A stretch of DNA of 64,000 nucleotides, taken from contig JAZTWI010000001.1 of NCBI GenBank assembly GCA_045635805.1, forward strand, positions 130,103 to 194,102, given 5' to 3'. A program made the translations under genes and the position numbers. This document shows, piece by piece, positions 48,351 through 57,511 of this stretch (positions are counted from its first letter, which is position 1; the number at the start of each line of letters is the position of its first letter). The notes beneath the pieces were generated by a model. That model worked only from the letters and a program-made list of their open reading frames with translations, searched no databases and was not told the DNA's origin. This DNA comes from Clostridia bacterium (GTDB lineage Bacteria > Bacillota > Clostridia > Christensenellales > UBA1242).

Positions 48351-48357
48351 TTTGCTA

Positions 48358-49200
48358 TTAAATATATTTTAGCCAACTAGGCTCTATCTCAAATACTTTG
48401 TCATTTAGGTACTTGAGAGTTGGTTCGCTAATATTAAAGGCTAGTTTGTATGCTGTTAAGAAATATCCCTTATAAGGGCTATTGCTTACCAATTTGCCGT
48501 ATTTATTGTCGTTTACTACAGGTGTGCCTATGTGGGCAAAATGCGCTCTAATTTGATGGGTTCTGCCTGTCTTTAGGTTTATGTCTACTAGCGAGTGCTC
48601 TTTTATTGTCGATAGTATATTAAATTCAGTTATTATTTCTTTGTATCCATCAAGGGGAGTGTCGCTAATTAGTGATTTTGATTTTTTGCTGTCTTTGTAT
48701 AGATATGCTTTCATTGCACCTTCAAATTTTGGTGTTCCGTCTAAATATGCTTTGTACGATTTTTGAATTTCTCTGCCTTTGAATATTTTTTCAAAATTAA
48801 CTGCTGTTTCTCTATTTCTAGCAAGGAGTACTAGTCCTTCGGTAAGTCTATCTAGTCTATGTACCACGATAGCAGTTTTGTCTGCAAAAACTTCTTCTAG
48901 AGAGTAGGTGTTTTCGCTACTTTTGTCTCGGGTGGCACACTCTAGTCCCTGTGGTTTATTTACGATTAAGATATTATCATCTATATATACTATATCAACT
49001 TTTGGCATGGCTTTAGTTGTTGGCATATATACAGATATTTTATCTCCAGGTACAACATCTATATTTTGCTTAGTTCTCTTATCGTTGACCTTGATATCGC
49101 CCTTTCTGAGTAGTTTCTGTGCTGCACCAAAACTCACACCTTGGACGGAGTGAATAATTGCCTTTATTAAGTTATCTGGTTTCTTTACTATAAAATCCAT
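48358..49200 (-). CDS. RluA-family pseudouridine synthase with N-terminal S4-like domain
   Basis: HRLDRLTEG catalytic-Asp motif, GRTHQIR motif, and an S4-like N-terminus. Confidence 0.85.
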   Translation of the reverse strand: MDFIVKKPDNLIKAIIHSVQGVSFGAAQKLLRKGDIKVNDKRTKQNIDVVPGDKISVYMPTTKAMPKVDIVYIDDNILIVNKPQGLECATRDKSSENTYSLEEVFADKTAIVVHRLDRLTEGLVLLARNRETAVNFEKIFKGREIQKSYKAYLDGTPKFEGAMKAYLYKDSKKSKSLISDTPLDGYKEIITEFNILSTIKEHSLVDINLKTGRTHQIRAHFAHIGTPVVNDNKYGKLVSNSPYKGYFLTAYKLAFNISEPTLKYLNDKVFEIEPSWLKYI

Positions 49201-49348
49201 TTCTATACCTTATATAGTATAATATCACAAATTAGCCTTTTTTCAAAGCATCATTGTTGTTTTATAAAAAATACTAGTAAAAATAGAAAAATTAGTGTAT
49301 ACTCTATTTGTGAAAAAGATTTTCACGATTTTAAAATTAGGAGAAAAA

Positions 49349-50083
49349 ATGTTAAGACTAGAAAATGTATGTTACGAAGTCAAAGACTCTGGTAAGAAAA
49401 AGTGCATTTTAAAAGATATTAATATAGAGATACAGCAGGGTGAAACTATAGTTGTTACAGGACATAATGGTAGTGGTAAGAGTTCTCTTATGAAGATTAT
49501 TATGGGTATATATCCGGTAACTTCAGGTAAGATATATTTTAATGATATGGATATCACAAATATGTCTATTACAGATAGGGCAAAACTAGGCATCGCTTAT
49601 GCTTTCCAAACACCTATTAGATTTAAAGGTTTAAAGGTTAGGGATTTAATCTCTACTGCACAGAAAACCAATAGTGTAGTAATGGAAGTATGTAATTATC
49701 TATCTAAAGTTGGACTTTGTGCTAGAGATTATATTGATAGAGACCTTGATGATAAATTGTCTGGTGGAGAGCTTAAAAGAATAGAGATAGCTATAACACT
49801 TGCTAGGGGTGCAAAACTAAATATCTTTGATGAGCCAGAAGCAGGAATTGACTTGTGGAGTTTTGATGGTTTGATTGCGGCCTTCGATGAGAATAAGAAA
49901 CAATATGGTGGAACTAATATTATTATTTCTCACCAGGAGAAAATATTAGATATTGCAGATAAGATTTTAGTTATGAACGGAACAAGGGTAGAGAAGTTTG
50001 CTAGTAAAGATGAAATTCTTCCAACTCTAAATACTGCCATTAAGGGCTGTAGTAAATTACAAGGAGAACAGTATTATGAGTAA
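49349..50083 (+). CDS. sufC: SufC-like ABC ATPase of a two-gene Fe-S assembly module
   Basis: Walker A GHNGSGKSS, signature LSGGELKR and Walker B IFDEPE. It is followed by an overlapping SufB/D-like gene. ATG 49349 follows AGGAG. Confidence 0.75.
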   Translation: MLRLENVCYEVKDSGKKKCILKDINIEIQQGETIVVTGHNGSGKSSLMKIIMGIYPVTSGKIYFNDMDITNMSITDRAKLGIAYAFQTPIRFKGLKVRDLISTAQKTNSVVMEVCNYLSKVGLCARDYIDRDLDDKLSGGELKRIEIAITLARGAKLNIFDEPEAGIDLWSFDGLIAAFDENKKQYGGTNIIISHQEKILDIADKILVMNGTRVEKFASKDEILPTLNTAIKGCSKLQGEQYYE

Positions 50084-50990
50084 GATAGAGAGTGATTTAT
50101 TGTTAGCAGTTAGTGACTTACACCAGATTCCTAGTGGTGCGTATAATATCAGAGAAAATGGTGTTGCAGTAGATAAGAAGTCTACAGCAAATATAGATAT
50201 CGTTCCTAAAGAAAATGGTAAGGGGATAGATATATATATCAAAGATGGAACAGTAGGCGAGAGTCTGCATATACCTGTAATCATTACTAAGACAGGTGTG
50301 AAAGAATTAGTTTATAATGATTTCCATATTGGTAAGAATTGTGACGTGCTAATAGTTGCTGGTTGTGGTATTCATAATACAGGCAGTAGCGATAGTGAGC
50401 ACGATGGTATACATAGTTTCTATGTGGGTAAGAATTCTAAAGTTAAGTATGTAGAGAAACATCTAGGTGTTGGCTCAAAGGGTGGCAAGATATTAAATCC
50501 TGTAACTAATATCGAGATGGAAGAAGGCTCAGAACTACTTATGGAAACGGTGCAACTAGGTGGTGTAACTTCGTCAATTAGAGAAAGTAACGCTAAACTA
50601 AAAAAGGCTGCAAAGCTAGTAATTAAAGAAAAGATATTAACAAACGAAAACCAAATAGCAGACACATATTTTAATGTGGAACTTCTAGGTGAAGATAGTT
50701 CGGTAGAAGTAATTAGTAGGTCTGTTGCTAAAGAGAACAGTAGACAAAAATTCTATAGTAAAGTTATAGGTAAGTCTAAGTGCTTTGGTCATGTGGAGTG
50801 CGATGCTATTCTTATGGATAATGCTGTTATTCAGTCCACACCAGAAATCCTTGCTGAGAGCGTAGATGCAACTCTTGTTCACGAAGCAGCTATAGGTAAA
50901 ATAGCAGGTGAGCAATTAACTAAACTGATGACAATGGGACTAACTGAAAAAGAAGCAGAAGATATGATTATCAAAGGTTTCTTAGGATAA
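50076..50990 (+). CDS. Short SufB/SufD-family protein
   Basis: The beta-helix SufBD core pattern ends in ...HEAAIGKI..EQL.KLM.MGL.E.EA..MI..GF. The gene overlaps sufC by 8 nt. Confidence 0.7.
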   Translation: MSKIESDLLLAVSDLHQIPSGAYNIRENGVAVDKKSTANIDIVPKENGKGIDIYIKDGTVGESLHIPVIITKTGVKELVYNDFHIGKNCDVLIVAGCGIHNTGSSDSEHDGIHSFYVGKNSKVKYVEKHLGVGSKGGKILNPVTNIEMEEGSELLMETVQLGGVTSSIRESNAKLKKAAKLVIKEKILTNENQIADTYFNVELLGEDSSVEVISRSVAKENSRQKFYSKVIGKSKCFGHVECDAILMDNAVIQSTPEILAESVDATLVHEAAIGKIAGEQLTKLMTMGLTEKEAEDMIIKGFLG

Positions 50991-51021
50991 AAAAAGAGAG
51001 TATTGATTTACTCTCTTTTTT
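50991..51021. terminator. Bidirectional terminator
   Basis: Stem AGAGAGTA/TACTCTCT, 6-nt loop, with A and T runs. Confidence 0.65.
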
Positions 51022-51022
51022 A

Positions 51023-51976
51023 TTAATTTATAAATATATTTTCTCCTGTATCACTATCTTGGTACATTACCCAATACCCATTATTGTAGGGGTCAGTCGT
51101 GTCTGTAGGTAGCCATTGGCTATAGTCTCTCATTTCAATAGGTGGTTCGATATTATAGTTTCCAGGCACTCCGTAGCAAATGTACTTTATGTCATTATTA
51201 TCTTTTATAATGCCAACAACGTAGTGTTTATTGTCAGTTTCTGTATTAATTCTGCACCACATACTATTGTCTATTAATTTTTCTAGGTTGGTTTCTCTAG
51301 GATATCTAGCAAAGAGTTCGTCAAGCTGGTCGGCTATCATATTATAGAAATTATGCTCGGAATTAAGGGCTGAGTCTATGGTGTTTTCTAATTCTTCTTC
51401 TGTGGTGTTAAATAGGTTCTCAGCAGTATTTACAGTACTTGCTATAGCAATGTCTTCAAATGATATTTGTTCTGGCTCCAGAGATATTTGAGAGTAAACA
51501 TAGTTGTCTTTTTGATTGTTTTTCTTTGTGTCTATTTTGATTGGTTCTTGTGCTGTTTTGTTAGATTCATTATCTATTGTTTTTATAGGTACTTGTTTGG
51601 TTGTTTGGATTTTTGTAACCATATTTTTTAGAGATTGTATTATTCCATTGTTTTGTGTTGAGTTGCTACTACTACCCCATAGTATGGGTTCAAATTTGTC
51701 GTTATTGGTATCGACCACTGTACACGAAATATCTTTGTCTAGTGTTATATTAGAAGGAATTTTAAATTGGCACTTTTTATTTTCGATATGTATATTTTGT
51801 TTTACTATTTCACTGCCAACCTTGATGCCTAGTAGTAAGTTGTCTTGGTATTTATTATCAAAGGCTATGAGAGTGCCTAGGTTAATCCCATTTTTATGCT
51901 CTATATCTAGTTTCATTACAGGGGTTTTGTTGTCTTTGTTACTCGATAGTATTATTGTCTTTCTATATATATTCAT
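51023..51976 (-). CDS. Hypothetical protein (317 aa), Asn/Thr-rich middle region, conserved-looking C-terminal domain
   Basis: Long ORF with RBS AAGGTGA. The C-terminus is ...YVVGIIKDNNDIKYICYGVPG...GYWVMYQDSDTGE. I recognise no family. Confidence 0.6.
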   Translation of the reverse strand: MNIYRKTIILSSNKDNKTPVMKLDIEHKNGINLGTLIAFDNKYQDNLLLGIKVGSEIVKQNIHIENKKCQFKIPSNITLDKDISCTVVDTNNDKFEPILWGSSSNSTQNNGIIQSLKNMVTKIQTTKQVPIKTIDNESNKTAQEPIKIDTKKNNQKDNYVYSQISLEPEQISFEDIAIASTVNTAENLFNTTEEELENTIDSALNSEHNFYNMIADQLDELFARYPRETNLEKLIDNSMWCRINTETDNKHYVVGIIKDNNDIKYICYGVPGNYNIEPPIEMRDYSQWLPTDTTDPYNNGYWVMYQDSDTGENIFIN

Positions 51977-52195
51977 ATTATCACCTTGCTATAGTATTAA
52001 TATAATTATATATTAAAGTAATGTTGATTATTGTGCACTGTGTTTGACGAATAAGCTAATATGTTGTTTTAGTTTATCTTTATTTAAAGAATTTTATTTA
52101 TTTTCAATTTTATTGTTGACAGATGTGTTTTTCTATGTTATTATGTTCAGGCTAGTATATAAGAATATATTAGTTTTTTGTAAATAACTCCTTTT

Positions 52196-52235
52196 TAAAA
52201 AAAACTATTGGTGCAAACCAATAGTCTTTTTATTT
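52196..52235. terminator. Terminator after rsmA (functional on both strands by sequence)
   Basis: Stem ACTATTGGT/ACCAATAGT (9 bp), loop GCAA, with an A8 run upstream and a T run downstream. Confidence 0.65.
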
Positions 52236-52249
52236 TAAAAAACGTTAGT

Positions 52250-53083
52250 CTATTTGGCTAACGTTTTATTTATTTCATTACTTAATTTTACAAAGTCTTC
52301 GGTCGTTAATTTTTCGCCCCTTACTTGTGGTGGCAGACCAACTCTAGATAAGATATCTTGTATTGTTTCGGAATTTAGCTTAAATGATGTCTTTAAGTTA
52401 TTTTCTAGAGTCTTTCTTCTCATTGCAAAGGCTGACTTAATTGTTTCGTCTAAGACTTTGGTATTATCAATAGGGTATTTGTTTTCTACAAAGTCAATTT
52501 TTACTATAGCGCTATCTACATTAGGTACAGGGGTGAACATTTTTCTGCTCACCTTTTTTATTATCTTTGCATTTGCTCTATAGTCAATAGCAGGGGTAAT
52601 TGCACCGTAGTCTTTTGAACCGGCCTTGGCAACTAGTCTTTCTGCTACTTCTAGTTGTACCATAATTATCATTGACTGCATCTTTGTTGCATTTTCTAGA
52701 AATTTAAAAATAATGGGTGTAGTTATGTAGTATGGAAGGTTGGCAACCATGGTGTATTTACCTGAAAAATTAGATTCAATATCTTCCATATCAAATTTCA
52801 TAATATCGCCAAATATAATCTTACTATTATCGTAATTAGATAGGTTTTCCTGTAAGATTGGTGCTAGGTTCTTATCTATTTCATAAGAAATAACTTGCCT
52901 TCCATATTCGCATAGAATTCCGGTGAGTGTACCGGCACCAGGACCGATTTCTAGTACGTCGGTTTCTTTAGTAATAATTCCATCTACGAAAGACTTAAGA
53001 AAATTGGTGTCAAATATAAAGTTTTGACCATACGCCTTATTAAATTTGAAATCATATTTATTTAGTATTTCTAAATTACTCAT
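52250..53083 (-). CDS. rsmA: 16S rRNA (adenine1518/1519-N6)-dimethyltransferase
   Basis: GQNFI N-terminal motif, SAM-binding EIGPGAGTLT and NLPYYITTPI. Confidence 0.95.
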   Translation of the reverse strand: MSNLEILNKYDFKFNKAYGQNFIFDTNFLKSFVDGIITKETDVLEIGPGAGTLTGILCEYGRQVISYEIDKNLAPILQENLSNYDNSKIIFGDIMKFDMEDIESNFSGKYTMVANLPYYITTPIIFKFLENATKMQSMIIMVQLEVAERLVAKAGSKDYGAITPAIDYRANAKIIKKVSRKMFTPVPNVDSAIVKIDFVENKYPIDNTKVLDETIKSAFAMRRKTLENNLKTSFKLNSETIQDILSRVGLPPQVRGEKLTTEDFVKLSNEINKTLAK

Positions 53084-53855
53084 TATTTACCTTTTTAAAT
53101 AAGTTTAATGCGTTTTTATGTGTTTCTCTGATTACTGTGTCGTAACTAATGCCTTTGATTAGTGCAATTTTCTCGGCAACTAATCGTGTGTATTTAGGCT
53201 CATTTATGCTACCCCTGTGTGGGTGTGGTGCTAGATATGGGCAGTCTGTCTCTAGCAAGATATCTTCCATATCTGCTATAGCACACACATTAGGTGCTAC
53301 AACTGAGTTTTTAAACGTAAGTGTGCCACCAAATGCTATTTTTAAGCCTAGTTTTTTGATTTCTTTGTATATTTCTACCGATTCACTATAGCAGTGCATT
53401 ACACCACCATATTTTAGAAATTCCTTGTTTTCTTTCAAAATTGGAAGCATATCTCCGATACTATCTCTATTGTGTATAGATATAGGGAGCTTTAATTCAT
53501 ATGCTAGTCTAATTTGTTTAACAAAGGCTTCTTTTTGAATGTCTTTGTTGTCTGTTCTCCAATGATAATCTAGACCTATTTCTCCAATACCTATTACTTT
53601 GGGTTCTTTAGAGAGTTTTTTAATTAAATCAAGGGTATTATCATCTAATTCATCTGCAGAATCTGGGTGTATGCCTATGATTGCATAGACTTGTGGGTAT
53701 TTTTTTGCTAGTTCAACCGAACTTAGAATAGTCTCTCTATTATATGCAACGGTAAAGACCTTGTCTATTCCGTTATAGTCAAGGTCTTTAATAAGTGCAT
53801 CAATATTACTATTAAATTTTTCGTCGGTTAGATGTGCGTGAGTATCTATAAGCAT
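53076..53855 (-). CDS. tatD: TatD-family metal-dependent DNase/hydrolase
   Basis: MLIDTHAHL start with IGEIGLDY. ATG 53855 is preferred over the listed start at 53936, which would overlap metG. Confidence 0.9.
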   Translation of the reverse strand: MLIDTHAHLTDEKFNSNIDALIKDLDYNGIDKVFTVAYNRETILSSVELAKKYPQVYAIIGIHPDSADELDDNTLDLIKKLSKEPKVIGIGEIGLDYHWRTDNKDIQKEAFVKQIRLAYELKLPISIHNRDSIGDMLPILKENKEFLKYGGVMHCYSESVEIYKEIKKLGLKIAFGGTLTFKNSVVAPNVCAIADMEDILLETDCPYLAPHPHRGSINEPKYTRLVAEKIALIKGISYDTVIRETHKNALNLFKKVNNE

Positions 53856-53856
53856 A

Positions 53857-55833
53857 CTAACAAACCTCTGAACCACCAGGAACTTCTTTATCTGTTGTGA
53901 GTAGGCTAATTCCCTTAGTTTTCTCATCTTCTGCACATAGTAACATTCCGTAACTCTCTATGCCCCTTAGTTTTCTAGGTGCTAAGTTTGCTACAACTAC
54001 GACAGTTTTGCCAACTAAGTCTTCTGGTTTGTAGTATTCTGCTATACCACTAACAATAGTTCTAGTCTCTTTACCTGTGTCAACTGTAGATTTTAGTAAT
54101 TTATCTGCATTTGGCACTTTTTCACAAGCAAGTACTTTACCTGTGATTAGTTTAACTTTCATAAAATCATCAAAAGTGATATATTCACTCTTTTCTTCGG
54201 TCTTATCTTCTTTCTTCTCTACTTTCTCAGTTTTCTTTTCTTCCTTTTTCTCTTCCTTAACTTCGGTATTAGGAGTGTCTAGGAACTCTATTTCCTTCTT
54301 GACGTCTAGTCTAGGGAATAGGTTGTCGCCTTTATTTACAGTGTTGCCAAAGTTTTTATGGCTAAATGCTTTGATACTATCGAAAGTTTGTAAGTTCTCT
54401 GCATATGCGAATTTATCAAAGATTTTCTTAGGTGTTTCAAATAAGAATGCTTGAAGAAGTGTTGCGCAAATTCTGATAGTTTCACTTAAGTAGTATAGAA
54501 CTGTGTCAAGTTTATCTTTTTTACTTGCTTCTTTAGCTAGTCTCCAAGGCTCGGTCATATCAATGTACTTGTTTGCTAGTCTAATTACAGAGAAAATCTC
54601 ATTTACTGCTTCATTGATTTTTTGCTCAGACATTAATTTTTGAACTTTAGTATATAATTCATTACAAGCAGTCTCTAGCATTTTTTCGCTATCATCGTTT
54701 ACTTTTGGCTCAGGAAGAACTGCACCACAGTATTGTGTAATCATAGCAAGTGTTCTACTAACAAGGTTACCTAGGTCATTACATAGGTCAGAGTTTACTG
54801 TATTGACAAATTGCTCTGCTGTGTAAGGTGTGTCGTTAAAGATTGGACCTTCTTTAGCTAAATAGTATCTTAGAGCGTCTGCGCCATATCTCTCAACTAA
54901 AGTTAATGGATTAAAGCCATTACTCTTTGATTTACTGATTTTATCGCCCTTAAGGGTTATAAATCCGTGAGAGTGGATTTGTTTAGGTAGTGGAAGGTCT
55001 AGCATTTTAAGTAAGATTGGCCAAATAATGCAGTGGAATCTAGAAATATCTCTACCAACTACATGAACGTTACAAGGCCAGAATTCTTTGTAGTCTGCTT
55101 CGTTCTCTGTACCATAGCCTAGAACAGATAGGTAGTTAAGTAGTGCATCAATCCATACATATGCTACGTGTTTATCATTAAATGGTAGTCTTACGCCCCA
55201 GTCGAAAGTTGTTCTAGAAACGCAAAGGTCTGTAATTCCAGGTTTGATAAAGTTATTGTAAATTTCATTTTTTCTGCTCTCTGGAACTAGGAAGTCGCTG
55301 TGCTCTTGGAAGTATTCTTCTAGGAACTTCTGATATTTGCTCATCTTTAGGAAATAGCTTTCTTCTTTTGTAAGTTCTACAGGTCTGCCGCAGTCAGGAC
55401 ATTTGCCATCTACTAATTGAGACTCAGTAAAGAAAGTCTCACAAGGCACACAGTATAGTCCTTCGTATTCACTAAGATAAATATCGCCACTCTCATATAG
55501 TTTATTGTATACTTTCTCAACCAATTCTACGTGATGTTTGTCTGTAGTTCTAATAAACTTATCATAAGTTATGCCTAGTTTTTCCCAGATAAATTTAAAT
55601 TCATCAACAGTCTTGTCTACGAATTGTTGTGGAGTCATATTGTTTTGCTCTGCAACTCTAGCAATTTTTAGTCCGTGCTCATCGCTACCTGTAGCATAGA
55701 AAACTTTGTGGCCATCTAGTCTATAGTATCTAGCGCAGATGTCTGCAAGGATTGTGCTAAAACAATGACCAACTGTAAGTTTGCCACTAGCGTAGTAGAT
55801 AGGTGTTGTAATGTAATAGTTCTTTTTCTCCAT
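53857..55833 (-). CDS. metG: Methionyl-tRNA synthetase with C-terminal EMAP/tRNA-binding domain
   Basis: A class I HIGH-type motif (TVGHCFS), KISKS (KMSKS), a zinc knuckle CPDCG, and a C-terminal OB-fold preceded by a Lys/Glu-rich linker. Confidence 0.95.
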   Translation of the reverse strand: MEKKNYYITTPIYYASGKLTVGHCFSTILADICARYYRLDGHKVFYATGSDEHGLKIARVAEQNNMTPQQFVDKTVDEFKFIWEKLGITYDKFIRTTDKHHVELVEKVYNKLYESGDIYLSEYEGLYCVPCETFFTESQLVDGKCPDCGRPVELTKEESYFLKMSKYQKFLEEYFQEHSDFLVPESRKNEIYNNFIKPGITDLCVSRTTFDWGVRLPFNDKHVAYVWIDALLNYLSVLGYGTENEADYKEFWPCNVHVVGRDISRFHCIIWPILLKMLDLPLPKQIHSHGFITLKGDKISKSKSNGFNPLTLVERYGADALRYYLAKEGPIFNDTPYTAEQFVNTVNSDLCNDLGNLVSRTLAMITQYCGAVLPEPKVNDDSEKMLETACNELYTKVQKLMSEQKINEAVNEIFSVIRLANKYIDMTEPWRLAKEASKKDKLDTVLYYLSETIRICATLLQAFLFETPKKIFDKFAYAENLQTFDSIKAFSHKNFGNTVNKGDNLFPRLDVKKEIEFLDTPNTEVKEEKKEEKKTEKVEKKEDKTEEKSEYITFDDFMKVKLITGKVLACEKVPNADKLLKSTVDTGKETRTIVSGIAEYYKPEDLVGKTVVVVANLAPRKLRGIESYGMLLCAEDEKTKGISLLTTDKEVPGGSEVC

Positions 55834-55992
55834 AGTCTTTACCTTCCAAATATATTTTTAAAAATACAATTGTCTGTTTGTAATTCTTAAATTAATTCTC
55901 AATACATATAATTTTACAATAATATATTATATTTGTAAAGAGTTATTAGGAAATTCAACATAGTAAAATTTAAATATATTTAGGGGTGGTTT

Positions 55993-56559
55993 ATGAATTT
56001 TGTATGGAGTGGAGTAATGCTTCTGGGTCTTGGGCTTTTACTTTTAGGAAATGTAGATATGGCAGTCTCTAGTATGTTAGATGGTGGGGCAAAAGCTATA
56101 ACTCTGGGGCTGAAACTCTGGGGTATATATGCTGTATGGCTAGGGCTTCTTAAAATTGTAGAAGATACAGAACTAGATAAAAAATTGAGTAAACTTTTTA
56201 ACCCAATCATTAAACTCTTAGTAGGCAAAGTGGACAAGTATACCGAAGGACAGATATCTATAAATATCACTAGTAATTTACTCGGTATGGGTAATGCTAG
56301 TACGCCGAGTGGTATAAATGCTATTGCAGGACTCGATAAGGGTAGTAAGTATGCAACCACTGCAATGATAATGATTATTGTTCTTAATTCAAGTAGTCTA
56401 CAGCTTATACCAACGACGGTGGTTGGATTAAGAGCAATGGCGGGTAGTAGTCAGGCAACAGATATAATTATTCCGACTTTTATCGCAACTACAGTGTGCA
56501 CAATTGTGGGTATTGTACTAGTTAAAATATTAGGAAAGATATTTAAGGATAAGGAATAA
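55993..56559 (+). CDS. spmA: Spore maturation protein A-like nucleoside-recognition (Gate) membrane protein
   Basis: MNFVWSGVML... with the ...GNASTPSG... motif, and it is paired with a spmB-like gene. Confidence 0.75.
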   Translation: MNFVWSGVMLLGLGLLLLGNVDMAVSSMLDGGAKAITLGLKLWGIYAVWLGLLKIVEDTELDKKLSKLFNPIIKLLVGKVDKYTEGQISINITSNLLGMGNASTPSGINAIAGLDKGSKYATTAMIMIIVLNSSSLQLIPTTVVGLRAMAGSSQATDIIIPTFIATTVCTIVGIVLVKILGKIFKDKE

Positions 56560-56563
56560 AATT

Positions 56564-57070
56564 ATGAGTAAATATATTTTACCGATACTGATAATTTTTG
56601 TTATGCTGTATGGACTTATAAAAAAGAAAAACATCTACAATGCATTTGTGATAGGAGCTAAGTCTTCTTTTGATTTGGTGCTAACATCTCTGCCTTATAT
56701 CGTTGCAATTTTTGTCGCAATTGAGATATTTAATATTAGTGGTTTGAGTGTAATCTTTGCAGATTTTGTATCTCCATTTTTTAGTGTGTTTGGTATACCT
56801 AAGGAACTATCTCAATTGGTGATTCTTAAGAACTTTTCAGGCTGTGGTTCTCTAGCCCTTCTAGAAGACATATTTGCAACTTATGGTGCAGATAGCTATA
56901 TTGCTAGATGTGGGTGTTGTATAGCAGGGTGTAGTGAAGCAGTGTTTTATATAACGGCAGTGTTCTTTAGTAAGACGGGTGTTACTAAGTTTAGATATGC
57001 TATACCTGTGGGAATACTAGCTAACTTTGTAGGTGCAGTGGCGGCTTGTTTTGTTTGTAGATTTATTTAG
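56564..57070 (+). CDS. spmB: Spore maturation protein B-like membrane protein
   Basis: Polytopic membrane protein immediately downstream of the spmA-like gene, with size and pattern consistent with SpmB. Confidence 0.7.
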   Translation: MSKYILPILIIFVMLYGLIKKKNIYNAFVIGAKSSFDLVLTSLPYIVAIFVAIEIFNISGLSVIFADFVSPFFSVFGIPKELSQLVILKNFSGCGSLALLEDIFATYGADSYIARCGCCIAGCSEAVFYITAVFFSKTGVTKFRYAIPVGILANFVGAVAACFVCRFI

Positions 57071-57121
57071 ATAATGTAATATAAGTATATATCTAATGAC
57101 AATAATTATATATATAATGAC

Positions 57122-57156
57122 AAAAAGCAAAGACTTGAGTATCTTTGCTTTTTTTG
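57122..57156. terminator. Bidirectional terminator between spmB and veg
   Basis: Stem AAGCAAAGA/TCTTTGCTT (9 bp), 8-nt loop, T7 run. Confidence 0.65.
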
Positions 57157-57163
57157 TGTGTAA

Positions 57164-57403
57164 TTATATTTGTGTTAAGAAAACAATGTCTCCACATAGT
57201 ACATCACTATATGAAAAACTCTTTCTGTCTAGCTCTACTTCACTAGTTGGACGTATAACGAACATACTAGGATAAACTTCGTTTATGATTGCTGTTAGGT
57301 GTACAATTTTATTTCTGCCTTTGTTTACTTTCATTTTTATGTTTTTACCTTTAAGTTCCGAGACCTGGTCTTTAATGGCAGTGATAGAATTTATTACTCT
57401 CAT
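57164..57403 (-). CDS. veg: Veg protein
   Basis: 79 aa, colinear with B. subtilis Veg as remembered (...NKGR.K......I...YPS.FVI....E......SYSY.D.L...). RBS AAAGGGGAAG. Confidence 0.8.
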   Translation of the reverse strand: MRVINSITAIKDQVSELKGKNIKMKVNKGRNKIVHLTAIINEVYPSMFVIRPTSEVELDRKSFSYSDVLCGDIVFLTQI

Positions 57404-57476
57404 TTTTCTTCCCCTTTTTGTGATATTTTGTGTAAAAAAATATTATTTATTCTAGATTATTTTGATTATTTAAAAG

Positions 57477-57505
57477 TTTACATATTGGCTATATTGTGGT
57501 ATAAT
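57477..57505 (+). promoter_or_regulatory. Strong sigma-A-type promoter placed to give a leaderless holB mRNA
   Basis: TTTACA, 17 nt spacer, TGgTATAAT (extended -10). The holB ATG (57512) starts 7 nt after the -10, and there is no SD. Confidence 0.5.
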
Positions 57506-57511
57506 TTTTTT

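Noticed and set aside
52100-52235. Possible plus-strand small RNA (TTGACA-17-TATTAT promoter followed ~95 nt later by the 52204..52225 hairpin and T run)
   Set aside because: The hairpin is more simply the terminator of the minus-strand metG-tatD-rsmA operon, since it has an A run on its other side. The region must also hold the promoter and 5'UTR of the 51976 gene. Nothing in the sequence specifically supports an sRNA.
55834-55992. T-box leader upstream of metG
   Set aside because: Only ~160 nt of very AT-rich DNA is shared with the divergent spmA promoter. I found no specifier-loop/T-box (AGGGTGGNACCGCG-like) sequence.
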